DNA of 64,000 bases from Mycobacterium sp. (GCA_016197405.1 JACPVR010000006.1:96525-160524); one strand, 5' to 3'; positions 18,122 to 28,970 are shown, counted from the stretch's first letter. Notes: generated by a model from the sequence alone, not told the origin. Numbers and translations are program-made.

Positions 18122-18597
18122 CGCGCACCGGACGGGTCGTCATCGCCTCCACCCGGGCTGCTGCCGGGGTGTACGAGGACCGCTGCGGCCCGATCATCAC
18201 CGACTGGCTCAACGAGCGCGGCATCGTCACACCGGCACCCGTCGTGGTGGCCGACGGAGATCCGCTGCAGCCGGCGCTGCGCGCGGCCGTCGCCGACGCC
18301 GTGCATGTCCTGCTGACTTCCGGTGGTACCGGCATATCGCCCACCGACGCCACCCCACAGATCACCAGCGCCCTCATCGACTACGAGATCCCCGGTCTTG
18401 CCGACGCGATCCGCCAGGCCGGTCTGCCCAAGGTGCCCACCTCGATTCTGTCCCGCGGCGTTTGCGGGGTGGCGGGCCGCACGCTGGTGGTCAACCTGCC
18501 CGGCTCGCCTGGCGGCGTCCGCGACGGGCTGGGCGTGCTCGCCACCGTGATCGATCACGCCCTGGAACAACTTGCCGGAGAGGACCATTCACGTTGA
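18118..18597 (+). CDS. mog: molybdopterin adenylyltransferase Mog (MoaB/Mog family)
   Basis: [19 protein letters not shown]...[13 protein letters not shown]...[10 protein letters not shown]. The start GTG 18118 overlaps the moaC stop (GTGA). Confidence 0.85.
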   Translation: MTRTGRVVIASTRAAAGVYEDRCGPIITDWLNERGIVTPAPVVVADGDPLQPALRAAVADAVHVLLTSGGTGISPTDATPQITSALIDYEIPGLADAIRQAGLPKVPTSILSRGVCGVAGRTLVVNLPGSPGGVRDGLGVLATVIDHALEQLAGEDHSR

Positions 18598-19019
18598 CGG
18601 TCGTGGTCCGCTGCGCGCTCACCGAGGCGCCGATTGTGCTGCACGAACACGAGGAGTTGGTCGGCGGCGCGGCGGCCGGTGCCGTCGTGGGCTTTGCCGG
18701 CGTGGTGCGCAACCATGACGGCGGTCGCGATGTCGTCCGGCTGGAGTACTCCGCGCACCCGACTGCCGAGCAGACTCTGGCCGAGGTGCTCGACGAGATC
18801 GCCGCGTCCGCACCCGGTGTGCGCGCGATAGCCGCCAGTCACCGGATCGGCGTCCTGCAGATCGGCGATGCCGCTCTGGTCGCCGCCGTCGCCGCCGATC
18901 ACCGCGGGGCGGCGTTCGAGACCTGCGCGCGCCTCGTCGATGCCGTCAAAGACAGGCTGCCGGTGTGGAAGCACCAGTTCTTCGCCGACGGCACCGACGA
19001 ATGGGTCAATTCAGCCTGA
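18594..19019 (+). CDS. moaE: molybdopterin synthase catalytic subunit MoaE
   Basis: [28 protein letters not shown]...[14 protein letters not shown]...LPVWKHQFF. The TTG start at 18594 overlaps the mog stop (TTGA) and gives 141 aa. GTG 18603 is an alternative. Confidence 0.85.
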   Translation: MTVVVRCALTEAPIVLHEHEELVGGAAAGAVVGFAGVVRNHDGGRDVVRLEYSAHPTAEQTLAEVLDEIAASAPGVRAIAASHRIGVLQIGDAALVAAVAADHRGAAFETCARLVDAVKDRLPVWKHQFFADGTDEWVNSA

Positions 19020-19084
19020 CGACGAAGCACCGAGGGACGAGGTGTGAGGAGTCGGGCCGTGTGGTCAGCCTGACGACGAAGCAC
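19011..19084 (+). repeat. 54-bp tandem duplication (1.4 copies) containing the moaE stop; MIRU-like family member
   Basis: TCAGCCTGACGACGAAGCAC occurs at 19011-19030 and again at 19065-19084. The unit CGACGAAGCACCGAGGGACGAGGTGTGAGGAGTCGGG aligns with the repeats at 30678 and 48040 (reverse strand). Confidence 0.65.
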
Positions 19085-19088
19085 AAAA

Positions 19089-19151
19089 CGCCGAAAGTGC
19101 AGTGAGTTCGCCTTTTCGAGTGGAAAAGCCGATCTCACCGCACTTTCGGTG
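19089..19151. terminator. nested hairpin between convergent moaE and rpfA
   Basis: The outer arms are CCGAAAGTGCAGTGAG / CTCACCGCACTTTCGG (16 bp, 1 mismatch). They enclose an inner hairpin CTTTTC-gagtg-GAAAAG. Confidence 0.6.
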
Positions 19152-19163
19152 AACGGTTGAGCG

Positions 19164-20835
<1,672 letters not shown>

Positions 20836-21044
20836 CAGGGAGGGGAGGGCCTGCCGCTCGGAAGCTCGGCTGGCTTGGGACCTGACGGTAGTGGGTGCCG
20901 AGGGGTCCGTCATCTTTTGACAACCCAGGCGTTTCTGCTATCGGCAAATCATAAGGGAGCTCTAAAACGCCTCATGGGCTCGGAGTTGTGCCTGCTCGGA
21001 GCAACAGGCCTTTTTGCCATAGCCAGCTTGTGACTATTCCGTTA

Positions 21045-21060
21045 TGTGACGCAAATCACG
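21045..21060. promoter_or_regulatory. candidate CRP-family binding site upstream of the rpfA leader
   Basis: TGTGA-CGCAAA-TCACG versus the consensus TGTGA-N6-TCACA. It lies in the relatively AT-rich stretch 20940-21060, directly next to the moaD stop. Confidence 0.35.
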
Positions 21061-21330
21061 TTAACCGCCGGCGAACGGGGGGAGCACGTCGACCGTACGG
21101 CCGTTCTCCAACTCGGTCGCGGTATCGCGAACTGCGACACCGTCATAGAGATAGGAACAGCGTGGGAGAACCGCGGCCAGTGCGGGGCTGTCGTCGGCGA
21201 GCTGACGAATCAGGTCCGCCACCGAGGTACCGGGCGGCACGGTCAGCACGCGTTCATCGGCGCCCACCGCCGCACGTGCCGCCGCGAAGAAACGCACCGT
21301 GACCGCAAGACCGGTCACCATCTCACTCAT
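21061..21330 (-). CDS. moaD: molybdopterin synthase sulfur-carrier subunit MoaD
   Basis: An 89-aa ubiquitin-fold-sized protein ending in the diagnostic Gly-Gly (..DVLPPFAGG). It follows moaA after a 1-nt spacer. Confidence 0.85.
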   Translation of the reverse strand: MSEMVTGLAVTVRFFAAARAAVGADERVLTVPPGTSVADLIRQLADDSPALAAVLPRCSYLYDGVAVRDTATELENGRTVDVLPPFAGG

Positions 21331-21331
21331 C

Positions 21332-22384
21332 TCAGCCGCCGATCGCGCTCATCGGACGGTCCGGTTGCACGAACCCCGGATCGTTGATGCCATGCCCGGC
21401 CGCTTTGGTCCACATCGCCGCGCGCCAGGCCGCCTCGACGGCGGCGTCGTCGGCGCCGGTGCGCAGCAGCGTCCGCAGATCGGTCTCGGTGCTTGCGAAC
21501 AGACAGTTGCGCACCTGACCATCGGCGGTCAGCCGGGTCCGGTCGCAGGCGGCGCAGAACGCGTCCGACACCGAGGCGATCACACCGACAGTGCCGGGCC
21601 CGCCGTCGACCCGCCACAGTTGCGCCGGCGACGAACCGCGCGGCGTCGCGTCGGGCTCCAGCCGGAAATGGCGCCGCAGGATGTCGAGCACATCGTCGGC
21701 CATCAGTGCGGCGCCACGCTGCCACTGGTGCCCGGCGTCCAGCGGCATCTGCTCGATGACCCGCAAGTGGTAGCCGTGAGCCAGGCAGAACCGCAGCAGG
21801 TCGACGACGTCATCGCGTCCGGTACCGGGGTCCAGTACGGCGTTCACCTTGACCGGGCCCAAACCGGCCTGCGCAGCAGCGGATAAGCCCGCCAGCACGT
21901 CGGGCAGGCGGTCCCGGCGCGTTATCGCGGCGAAGCGGGCCGCGTCGACGGTGTCCAGGGAGACGTTGACGCGGTTCAGTCCGGCCGCCGCCAGCGCCGG
22001 CGCACGTCGTGCCAGCCCGAGGCCGTTGGTGGTCAGCGCGATCTCGGGGCGCGGATCCAGCGCCGCCGTCGCCGCGACCACATCTTCGAGGTACCTGACC
22101 AGCAGTGGCTCGCCGCCGGTGAACCGCACGCTGGTGATACCCAGTCGGGTGACCGCGATACGCAACAACCGCGCCAGCTCGTCAGGCGACAGCAGATGAT
22201 CACCCGGCAGCCAATCCAGCCCCTCGGCCGGCATGCAATAGGTACAGCGCAGATTGCAGCGATCGGTCAGCGAGACCCGAAGGTCGGTGGCGACGCGGCC
22301 GAAGGTGTCGATCAGTGGCCCGGTGGCCGGCACATTGCGCGGCGACGGCGCCACCACGGGCAATCCGAGGGCGACGGCGGTCAC
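21332..22384 (-). CDS. moaA: GTP 3',8-cyclase MoaA (radical SAM)
   Basis: It has the radical-SAM cluster motif CNLRCTYCMP and a C-terminal GG tail. The start is set at GTG 22384 (VTAVALGLPVV..., 351 aa), overlapping the upstream stop (GTGA). The first 125 codons of track ORF 21332..22759 are out-of-frame overlap with the YccF-like gene. Confidence 0.9.
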   Translation of the reverse strand: MTAVALGLPVVAPSPRNVPATGPLIDTFGRVATDLRVSLTDRCNLRCTYCMPAEGLDWLPGDHLLSPDELARLLRIAVTRLGITSVRFTGGEPLLVRYLEDVVAATAALDPRPEIALTTNGLGLARRAPALAAAGLNRVNVSLDTVDAARFAAITRRDRLPDVLAGLSAAAQAGLGPVKVNAVLDPGTGRDDVVDLLRFCLAHGYHLRVIEQMPLDAGHQWQRGAALMADDVLDILRRHFRLEPDATPRGSSPAQLWRVDGGPGTVGVIASVSDAFCAACDRTRLTADGQVRNCLFASTETDLRTLLRTGADDAAVEAAWRAAMWTKAAGHGINDPGFVQPDRPMSAIGG

Positions 22385-22782
22385 GTGGGCGCTCCGACCC
22401 GGCCGACGGCGTCGGCCGGCACGATCTCCTTGCCCAACGGCAGCAGCGACACCGGGATCATCTTCAGATTGGCCAGTGCCAGTGGGATCCCGATGATGGT
22501 GACGGCCATCGCCACAGCCGTCAGCACGTGCCCGATCGCCAGCCAGATCCCGAACAGGATGACCCAGATGACGTTGCCGATCATGGCGCCGGGCCGGGTG
22601 CCCGGTTTGTCGACGATGGTCCGGCCGAAAGGCCACAGCGCGTAGGAGGCGATCCGGAGCGCGGCGAAACCGAACGGAATGGTGACGATCAGCACGAAGC
22701 ACAGCAGCGCAGCCACCAGGTAACCCAGCGCGAGCCACAACCCGCCGAAGATCAGCCAAATGACGTTCAGGACCAGGCGCAT
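22381..22782 (-). CDS. YccF-domain inner-membrane protein (Rv0870c-like)
   Basis: It has two repeated hydrophobic modules, NVIWLIFGGLWLALGY and NVIWVILFGIWLAIGH, as in the YccF family. Confidence 0.8.
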   Translation of the reverse strand: MRLVLNVIWLIFGGLWLALGYLVAALLCFVLIVTIPFGFAALRIASYALWPFGRTIVDKPGTRPGAMIGNVIWVILFGIWLAIGHVLTAVAMAVTIIGIPLALANLKMIPVSLLPLGKEIVPADAVGRVGAPT

Positions 22783-22934
22783 GTCACCTCCAACGGTTTC
22801 CTTAGCCTACCGAGTAAACAGGGATGCTGGCCCGGCACATGGCCGAGTAGGATCACCTCACATGCGTCCTGCGCAGGCAGGACGCTTAACTATGTTGCCA
22901 ACAGCGGCAACCCGTCAGACAAGCAGGTGAGATA

Positions 22935-23345
22935 GTGCCGACCGGCCGGGTGAAGTGGTACGACGCGGAGAAGGGATTCGGCTTCCTGTCCCAGGAGGAA
23001 GGCGAGGACGTCTACGTCCGATCGTCGGCGCTGCCCGCGGGTGTGGCGGACCTCAAGGCCGGCCAGCGTGTGGAGTTCGGTGTCGCGTCCGGAAAGCGCG
23101 GTCCGCAGGCTCTCAGCGTCAAGCTCATCGACCCGCCGCCGAGCCTGACCCGCACCCGTCGAGAAGCGGGGCCTGTCGAGCGCAAGCACACCCCTGACGA
23201 GCTGCACGGCATGGTCGAGGACATGATCACCTTGCTCGAGGGCACCATTCAGCCCGAGCTGCGCAAGGGCAAGTACCCCGATCGCAAGATCGCCCGCCGG
23301 GTCTCCGAGGTGGTCAAGGCCGTCGCGCAGGAGCTCGACGCCTGA
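22935..23345 (+). CDS. cspB: cold-shock protein with C-terminal extension (CspB-type)
   Basis: [25 protein letters not shown] carries the RNP1/RNP2 motifs, followed by an extension of about 70 aa. It has a GTG start and a structured leader of about 150 nt (hairpin GCGTCCTGC-gcag-GCAGGACGC at 22862-22883). Confidence 0.9.
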   Translation: MPTGRVKWYDAEKGFGFLSQEEGEDVYVRSSALPAGVADLKAGQRVEFGVASGKRGPQALSVKLIDPPPSLTRTRREAGPVERKHTPDELHGMVEDMITLLEGTIQPELRKGKYPDRKIARRVSEVVKAVAQELDA

Positions 23346-23384
23346 AACCGTGCCCAGCCCGGTCCGGGCGGGCAAGGTGGTGAC

Positions 23385-24395
23385 ATGGCTTCTTATGTCG
23401 CACCCGGTGGCGAGTTCAACCGGGACACCCAGTACATAACCACCCGGATCACCGCCGACGGCAGCGACGGTTATCCGGTCGAACCGGGCCGGTACCGACT
23501 GATCGTCGCGCGTGCCTGCCCGTGGGCCAACCGCGCCATCATCGTGCGACGTCTGCTCGGGCTGGAGTCGGTGCTGTCCATCGGTTTCTGCGGTCCCACC
23601 CATGACCAACGCAGCTGGACCTTCGACCTCGATCCCGGTGGCGTCGATCCGGTCCTGAAGATCCCCCGACTGCAGGACGCCTACTTCAAACGGTTCCCGG
23701 ACTATCCCAAGGGCATCACGGTGCCGGCGATCGTCGAAGTTCAGACCGGCCAGGTCGTGACCAACGATTTCGCCCAGATGACGCTGGATCTGTCGACGCA
23801 GTGGACCGCCTACCACCGCGCCGGCGCACCGCAGTTGTACCCCGAGCCGCTGCGGGCCGAGATCGACGAGGTGGCCCGGCGGATCTACACCGAGATCAAC
23901 AACGGCGTCTACCGCTGCGGGTTCGCCGGATCGCAGGACGCCTACGACGCTGCCTACGACCGGCTGTTCACCGCGCTGGACTGGGTCAGTGACCGGTTGG
24001 AACGGCAGCGCTACCTGGTCGGCGACACCATCACCGAGGCCGACGTCCGGTTGTTCACCACCCTGGCCCGGTTCGACCCGGTCTATCACGGGCATTTCAA
24101 GTGCAACCGCAGCAAGCTCACCGAGATGCCGGTGCTGTGGGCCTACGCGCGCGATCTGTTCAGCACCCCGGGGTTCGGCGACACCATCGACTTCGTGCAG
24201 ATCAAGCAGCACTACTACATCGTTCATGCCGACATCAATCCAACCCAGATCGTGCCGAAGGGCCCGACGCTGACCGACTGGCTCACGCCGCACGGTCGGG
24301 AAGCGCTGGGCGGCAGGCCTTTCGGTGACGGCACCCCACCCGGACTGACGCCGCCCGGCGAGCAGGTGCCGGTCGGTCACGGTGCCCGCGTCTAG
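23385..24395 (+). CDS. Xi-class glutathione-S-transferase-like / glutathionyl-hydroquinone reductase family protein
   Basis: It has GRYRLIVARACPWANRAIIVRRL with the Cys-Pro-Trp-Ala active site. Length and C-terminal region are typical of YqjG/ECM4-type proteins. Confidence 0.8.
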   Translation: MASYVAPGGEFNRDTQYITTRITADGSDGYPVEPGRYRLIVARACPWANRAIIVRRLLGLESVLSIGFCGPTHDQRSWTFDLDPGGVDPVLKIPRLQDAYFKRFPDYPKGITVPAIVEVQTGQVVTNDFAQMTLDLSTQWTAYHRAGAPQLYPEPLRAEIDEVARRIYTEINNGVYRCGFAGSQDAYDAAYDRLFTALDWVSDRLERQRYLVGDTITEADVRLFTTLARFDPVYHGHFKCNRSKLTEMPVLWAYARDLFSTPGFGDTIDFVQIKQHYYIVHADINPTQIVPKGPTLTDWLTPHGREALGGRPFGDGTPPGLTPPGEQVPVGHGARV

Positions 24396-24404
24396 GCTGT
24401 CGGC

Positions 24405-25175
24405 ATGGCTCTACTAGGTGCGCACGTCGACTCCGAGGACCCACTGGCCGCGGCCGAGGCGGCCGGTGCCGAGGCGGTCCAGTTCTTCCTCGGCGACCCC
24501 CAAGGGTGGAAGAAGCCACCGCCGCATCCGCATGCCGACGCCCTGCTGGCCAGCGACCTGACCATCTACATCCACGCGCCGTATCTGGTGAATGTCGCCT
24601 CGACCAACAACAAGATCCGCATCCCCAGCCGCAAGATCTTGCAACAGCACGCCGAGGCGGCTGCCGGCATCGGCGCCAAGGGGCTGGTGGTGCATGGCGG
24701 TCACGTGACCGCGAACGACGACCCCAAGGTCGGAGTCGAGAACTGGCGCAAGGCATTTGAACGTGCCGAAGCCGACGGCGGATTCCCGCTGCCGATCCTC
24801 ATCGAGAACACCGCCGATGGCGACAACGCGATGGCCCGCAAGTTCGACCGGCTCGCCATGCTGTGGGACGCTGTCGGCCAGTACGGGCCGGGTTTCGTAC
24901 TCGACACCTGCCATGCGTGGGCGGGTGGCGAGGAACTCGTCGAGATCGTCGACCGTGTCAAGGCCATCACCGGACGCATAGATCTGGTGCATGCCAACAA
25001 CTCCCGTGACGCGTTCGACTCCGGCGCCGACCGGCACGCCAATTTCGATTCCGGGACGTTCGATTCGGACCTGATCGCCAGTGTCTGCCGCGACGCCGGC
25101 TGCGATGTCATCATCGAGACCCCGTCGGACGGACACCTCGAAGATCTGGAATTCCTGCGTAAGCAGTTGCGTTAG
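24405..25175 (+). CDS. nfo: endonuclease IV (deoxyribonuclease IV, AP endonuclease)
   Basis: MALLGAHVDSEDPLAAAEAAGAEAVQFFLGDPQGW...YIHAPYLVNVAS...VVHGGHV...LDTCHAWAGG...LVHANNSRD. This closely resembles mycobacterial End as I remember it. Confidence 0.85.
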   Translation: MALLGAHVDSEDPLAAAEAAGAEAVQFFLGDPQGWKKPPPHPHADALLASDLTIYIHAPYLVNVASTNNKIRIPSRKILQQHAEAAAGIGAKGLVVHGGHVTANDDPKVGVENWRKAFERAEADGGFPLPILIENTADGDNAMARKFDRLAMLWDAVGQYGPGFVLDTCHAWAGGEELVEIVDRVKAITGRIDLVHANNSRDAFDSGADRHANFDSGTFDSDLIASVCRDAGCDVIIETPSDGHLEDLEFLRKQLR

Positions 25176-25183
25176 AGGATTTC

Positions 25184-25675
25184 TCAGTTCCACACGGTAC
25201 GTACGGACCATTCGGCGTGCGGTAGTTCGCGATCCTGGCCGTCGACCTGGATCAAGGTCGGCAGCTGTACTGCAACGCCGGTGAGCCGTCCCCGCGTGGG
25301 ATCGACGGTCGGGATGGTGACCGCGAGCCGGGTACCGGGAGGAAAGGTCCGCACACTGTCGTTGTCGGGATCCTCGTAGGCCAGGATGAGTCGCCACGGG
25401 GCCGCACCGATCGCCGACGGTACCGACAGTTGCACCGGTTCGCGTCCGGTGACCCGCAGGACACCGACGGTCTGCGGGGTATCGCATTCGTCGAGATTCA
25501 CCACGTTGCAGTAGAAGTACGGCCCGACCCGGGTGAGCTGTCCGTTGGAGAACGCACTGATCTCCGGATGCGACTCTGCGTCGTGCGGGGTGAGGGCAAA
25601 TGCGGCAGCGCCGGCTCCGGCGGAAGTCAGCACGACGGCGGTGGCCGCCACAGCGGCGACGAGACGTTTGTTCAC
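25184..25675 (-). CDS. secreted/exported protein (Rv0875c-like, DUF2771-type)
   Basis: It has the signal peptide MNKRLVAAVAATAVVLTSAGAGAAAFA. Its size and position next to the Rv0876c-like membrane protein fit, and its start overlaps that gene's stop. Confidence 0.7.
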   Translation of the reverse strand: MNKRLVAAVAATAVVLTSAGAGAAAFALTPHDAESHPEISAFSNGQLTRVGPYFYCNVVNLDECDTPQTVGVLRVTGREPVQLSVPSAIGAAPWRLILAYEDPDNDSVRTFPPGTRLAVTIPTVDPTRGRLTGVAVQLPTLIQVDGQDRELPHAEWSVRTVWN

Positions 25676-27360
25676 TTTTTAGGCATCACTGTCGTCGGGG
25701 ACCATGCGCCGCCCTCCTGATCCACCATGACCGGACGGTTACCGCCCAGGCCGGGGATCAGCGAGGCGCCGCGGAAGCTCAGGATGGTCTGGGCCAGGCA
25801 GGGGATCAGCAGGGCGGTTATCGCGGTGAAACCGACCCACAATTCGGTGTAGACGAGCACGCCCAGGGCGCCGCCGGTCACCCAGGCCAACTGCAGGACC
25901 GATTCCGACCGGCCGAAGGCCGAGGCACGGGATTCCTCGGGCAGGTCGTCCTGCAGCGAGGCGTCCAGTGAGGCTTTCGCGATGGCACTGGCACCCGAGG
26001 TGATCAGCGCCGCGACCGCGGCGACGAACAGGTTGCCGGTGACGGCCGCGGCCAACGCCATCACGGTCACCGCGGTGGCGCACCGCACCACCAGCACCGC
26101 GGGACGGCCCAACTTCAGCCGGGCGGCGGTGAAGTTGCCGGCGAAGTTGCCGACTGCGGCGGCGCCGCCGATGAGCCCCAGGATCGCCAGCTGACGCCAG
26201 CCGCTGGCGTCGTGCGATTTCGCCACGAACGCCGGATAGAGGAACAAGAAGCCCACCATGGCCTTGATCGTGCAGTTGCCCCATAGTGCGGCGATGATGT
26301 TGCGGCCCAACGGTTGTCGGACCTTCTCGGTGCCCGTGACGGCGCTCTCCGGCCGATGTCTGCGCAGTTCGCCACCGTCGTGGTAGCTCAGGGTGGTGGG
26401 CACCTCACCGGCGGTGACCTCGACCCAGCGCGGTATCCGCATGGACAGCGCCGCACCGACGATGGAGACGGCGATGATCACGAAGAGCGCACCCGGCAGT
26501 CCGAACATCTTGTTGCAGACGTATTCCACGCCGGCAGCCACCGCTCCACCACCGATCGTGCCGCCGATGAGGCCGAAGACGGTCAGCCGGGAATTGACCC
26601 GGACCAGGTCGATGGTCGGCGGCATCACGCGGGGAGTGACCGCGCTGCGCAGCACCGAGAACGATTTCGAGAGCACCATCATCCCGAGGGCGCACGGGTA
26701 GAGCACCCACGGGGGGAATCCGCCGGTGGCGTTGTCGTAGTTGAGTATCAACACCACTGCCAGCAACGTGCGCAGTCCGAACGACGCTGCCAGCGCGACC
26801 CGTCGGCCGTGCTGCAGCCGGTCGAGCGCCGGACCGATGAGCGGGGCGATGACGGCGAACGGCGCGATGGTGATCAACAGATAGAGCGCAACCTTGCTCT
26901 TGCTTTCGGCCGATGCCGCGGCGAAGAACAAGGTGTTGGCCAGTGCGACGGCCATCGCGGCGTCGACGGCGAAGTTGGCCATCACCGGCCAGGTCAAGGC
27001 GGTCAGACCGGACTTGTCGGCGCCGTCGGCGGTCGCGGCCCGGTGCACCAGGCCGTACATCCGGTAGCCCATTTCCCGGCTGCGTTGTGCCGCCACCCGG
27101 GTGACGGTGACGCGGGAGCCCGCCGCCGCACTGCTGCCCACGCCGCCCCCGGCCCGCTCTCGTTCGCGTCGCTCGCGGTCCTCGTCCAGCGGAGGCAGAT
27201 ACCGGTTTGCGCTGCCTGTGCCGTCGGTCTGCCGGGGTGGAAGACGGTGTCCGGTGTCGTCGCTAGGGTAGTTGGCCATACCGGGGTGCGAGTCGGCGGT
27301 ACGTCGGCCCGACCCGGATTGCCCTCCCGGGCCCGGTTGGTTACGCCGCGGTCCTGACAC
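25672..27360 (-). CDS. MFS-type integral membrane protein (Rv0876c-like)
   Basis: It has 12-14 hydrophobic segments after a charged N-terminal region of about 100 aa. ATG 27279 (MANYPSDD) is an alternative start that would leave a sensible divergent spacer. Confidence 0.75.
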   Translation of the reverse strand: MSGPRRNQPGPGGQSGSGRRTADSHPGMANYPSDDTGHRLPPRQTDGTGSANRYLPPLDEDRERRERERAGGGVGSSAAAGSRVTVTRVAAQRSREMGYRMYGLVHRAATADGADKSGLTALTWPVMANFAVDAAMAVALANTLFFAAASAESKSKVALYLLITIAPFAVIAPLIGPALDRLQHGRRVALAASFGLRTLLAVVLILNYDNATGGFPPWVLYPCALGMMVLSKSFSVLRSAVTPRVMPPTIDLVRVNSRLTVFGLIGGTIGGGAVAAGVEYVCNKMFGLPGALFVIIAVSIVGAALSMRIPRWVEVTAGEVPTTLSYHDGGELRRHRPESAVTGTEKVRQPLGRNIIAALWGNCTIKAMVGFLFLYPAFVAKSHDASGWRQLAILGLIGGAAAVGNFAGNFTAARLKLGRPAVLVVRCATAVTVMALAAAVTGNLFVAAVAALITSGASAIAKASLDASLQDDLPEESRASAFGRSESVLQLAWVTGGALGVLVYTELWVGFTAITALLIPCLAQTILSFRGASLIPGLGGNRPVMVDQEGGAWSPTTVMPKK

Positions 27361-27368
27361 ATGGTTGA

Positions 27369-28505
27369 TTGTTCCCTATCGCGGCATCTGCGACCGTGCA
27401 GGTGACCGGTGTGGCTCCCGACCACGACATTGCGGCAGTATGGACAGCGATGGAAAGCATGACCGAACCCGCAGAAGCGCCGACCGCCGCATCGGAGACC
27501 CCGCAGTCAGAAGGTCTGACGGCGGTGCTGACCGGTGCCGTTGCCGCTGCGCGTGAGGCCGTCGAGGAGTACAGCGGCGACACCGTCGGCGAGTATCTGG
27601 GCGTCACCTTCGAGGACACCAACGCCGCCACTCATCGATTCCTGGCCGAGCTGCCGGGCTATCGGGGCTGGCAGTGGGCCGTCGTCGTGGCCGCCTATCC
27701 GGGTGCCGACCACGCCACGATCAGTGAGGTCGTCCTGGTGCCGGGCCCGACGGCGCTGCTGGCGCCGCAGTGGGTGCCCTGGGAGGAGCGTGTCCGTCCC
27801 GGTGATCTCAGCCCGGGTGATCTGCTCGCGCCGCCCGCTGACGACCCCCGCCTGGTTCCGGGATATGTGCTCAGCGGGGATCCCGCGGTTGACGAGGTCG
27901 CCACCGAGATCGGTCTGGGTCGTCGTCAGGTGCTCAGCGCCTGGGGGCGTGAAGATGCCGCGCAGCGCTGGCATGACGGTGACTACGGCCCGGATTCGGC
28001 GATGGCACGGTCGACCAAGCGGGTCTGCAAGGACTGTGGTTTCTTCCTGCCGCTGGCAGGGTCGCTCGGAGTGTCGTTCGGTGTGTGTGCCAACGGCCTG
28101 GCCGCCGACGGGCATGTGGTGGAACTGACCTATGGCTGCGGTGCGCATTCGGACACCCCGGCGCCGCCCGGAACCGGATCGCCCTTGTTCGACCCCTATG
28201 ACGACGGGGTGCTCGACGTCACCGGAACCGTGTCCGCGGTGGTGGAGGCCGACGAGGCTGCCGTCGTCGCCGAGCCCGAGACCGCCGAGGTCGTCGAGGC
28301 GGACGACGTCGTCGTTGTCGAACCCGACGCTGAGCGCGAACCCGACACTGAGCGTGAACCCGAAGCTACCGAGCCGGAAGCGCCGGCCGAGCCCGAAGCG
28401 CAGGCCGAACCTACCGAAGTGCAGGCTGAGGCTACCGAGCCGGAAACTCAGGCCGAGGCGCCATTGCCCGACGCCGTCGACGACGCCGAGCAACAGGCCG
28501 ACTAG
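27369..28505 (+). CDS. DUF3027-like conserved protein (Rv0877-like) with acidic E/P/A/T-rich C-terminal tail
   Basis: The core has a Cys cluster (CKDCGFFLP...FGVCAN...YGCGAHS). The last ~100 aa are low complexity (EPDAEREPDTEREPEATEPEAPAEPEAQAEP...). An alternative start is ATG 27450. Confidence 0.7.
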   Translation: MFPIAASATVQVTGVAPDHDIAAVWTAMESMTEPAEAPTAASETPQSEGLTAVLTGAVAAAREAVEEYSGDTVGEYLGVTFEDTNAATHRFLAELPGYRGWQWAVVVAAYPGADHATISEVVLVPGPTALLAPQWVPWEERVRPGDLSPGDLLAPPADDPRLVPGYVLSGDPAVDEVATEIGLGRRQVLSAWGREDAAQRWHDGDYGPDSAMARSTKRVCKDCGFFLPLAGSLGVSFGVCANGLAADGHVVELTYGCGAHSDTPAPPGTGSPLFDPYDDGVLDVTGTVSAVVEADEAAVVAEPETAEVVEADDVVVVEPDAEREPDTEREPEATEPEAPAEPEAQAEPTEVQAEATEPETQAEAPLPDAVDDAEQQAD

Positions 28506-28514
28506 AACACCCGG

Positions 28515-28970
28515 TCAGCCGCGCTCGGCTGCGGCTTTGATCCTGTTCAGCGATGCGTCCATCCCGGCGATGAGTTCCTGCTCGAAGCTGGTAACCCCGC
28601 CGAACATCTTGTCCTGCACGAATGTGGAGACCGTCGTCAGCCCTTTCTGGGCGTGCCTGCTCTCCACGACGCGGGTTCCTTCGGCGGTGGGCTGTAGTTC
28701 GTAGGTCCACACCGAGTTGTTGGCGTCGACGCGGAACGCCAACTTCTGCTGGGGGATCACTTCGGTGATGGTGCACATCGTGGGCCAGAACAGCCGGTTG
28801 CGGCGGTTGAGGTTCACGGTGCGGGTGCCCGGCCGCACCGGTCCGAGGGGCTTCATCAGCCGGCACTGTGGACTCCACTCGGGCATTCGAGCAAAGTCCG
28901 CGATCAGATTCCAGACCGTCGCCGGGGGTGCTTTGATCTCGATCTCGGTCTGCAATAGCGGCGCTGCCAT
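28515..28970 (-). CDS. SRPBCC-superfamily (polyketide cyclase/dehydrase-like) protein
   Basis: LQTEIEIKAPPATVWNLIADFARMPEWSP is the typical SRPBCC N-terminus. The protein is 151 aa. Confidence 0.8.
   Translation of the reverse strand: MAAPLLQTEIEIKAPPATVWNLIADFARMPEWSPQCRLMKPLGPVRPGTRTVNLNRRNRLFWPTMCTITEVIPQQKLAFRVDANNSVWTYELQPTAEGTRVVESRHAQKGLTTVSTFVQDKMFGGVTSFEQELIAGMDASLNRIKAAAERG

Noticed and set aside
21332-22759. N-terminal 125 codons of the track ORF containing moaA
   Set aside because: This part overlaps the YccF-like gene in another frame and is Arg/His/Asp-rich junk. GTG 22384 gives a normal-length MoaA and a GTGA junction with the upstream gene.
22890-24380. 496-aa minus-strand ORF
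   Set aside because: It is antisense to cspB and the Xi-GST-like gene, both with unambiguous motifs.
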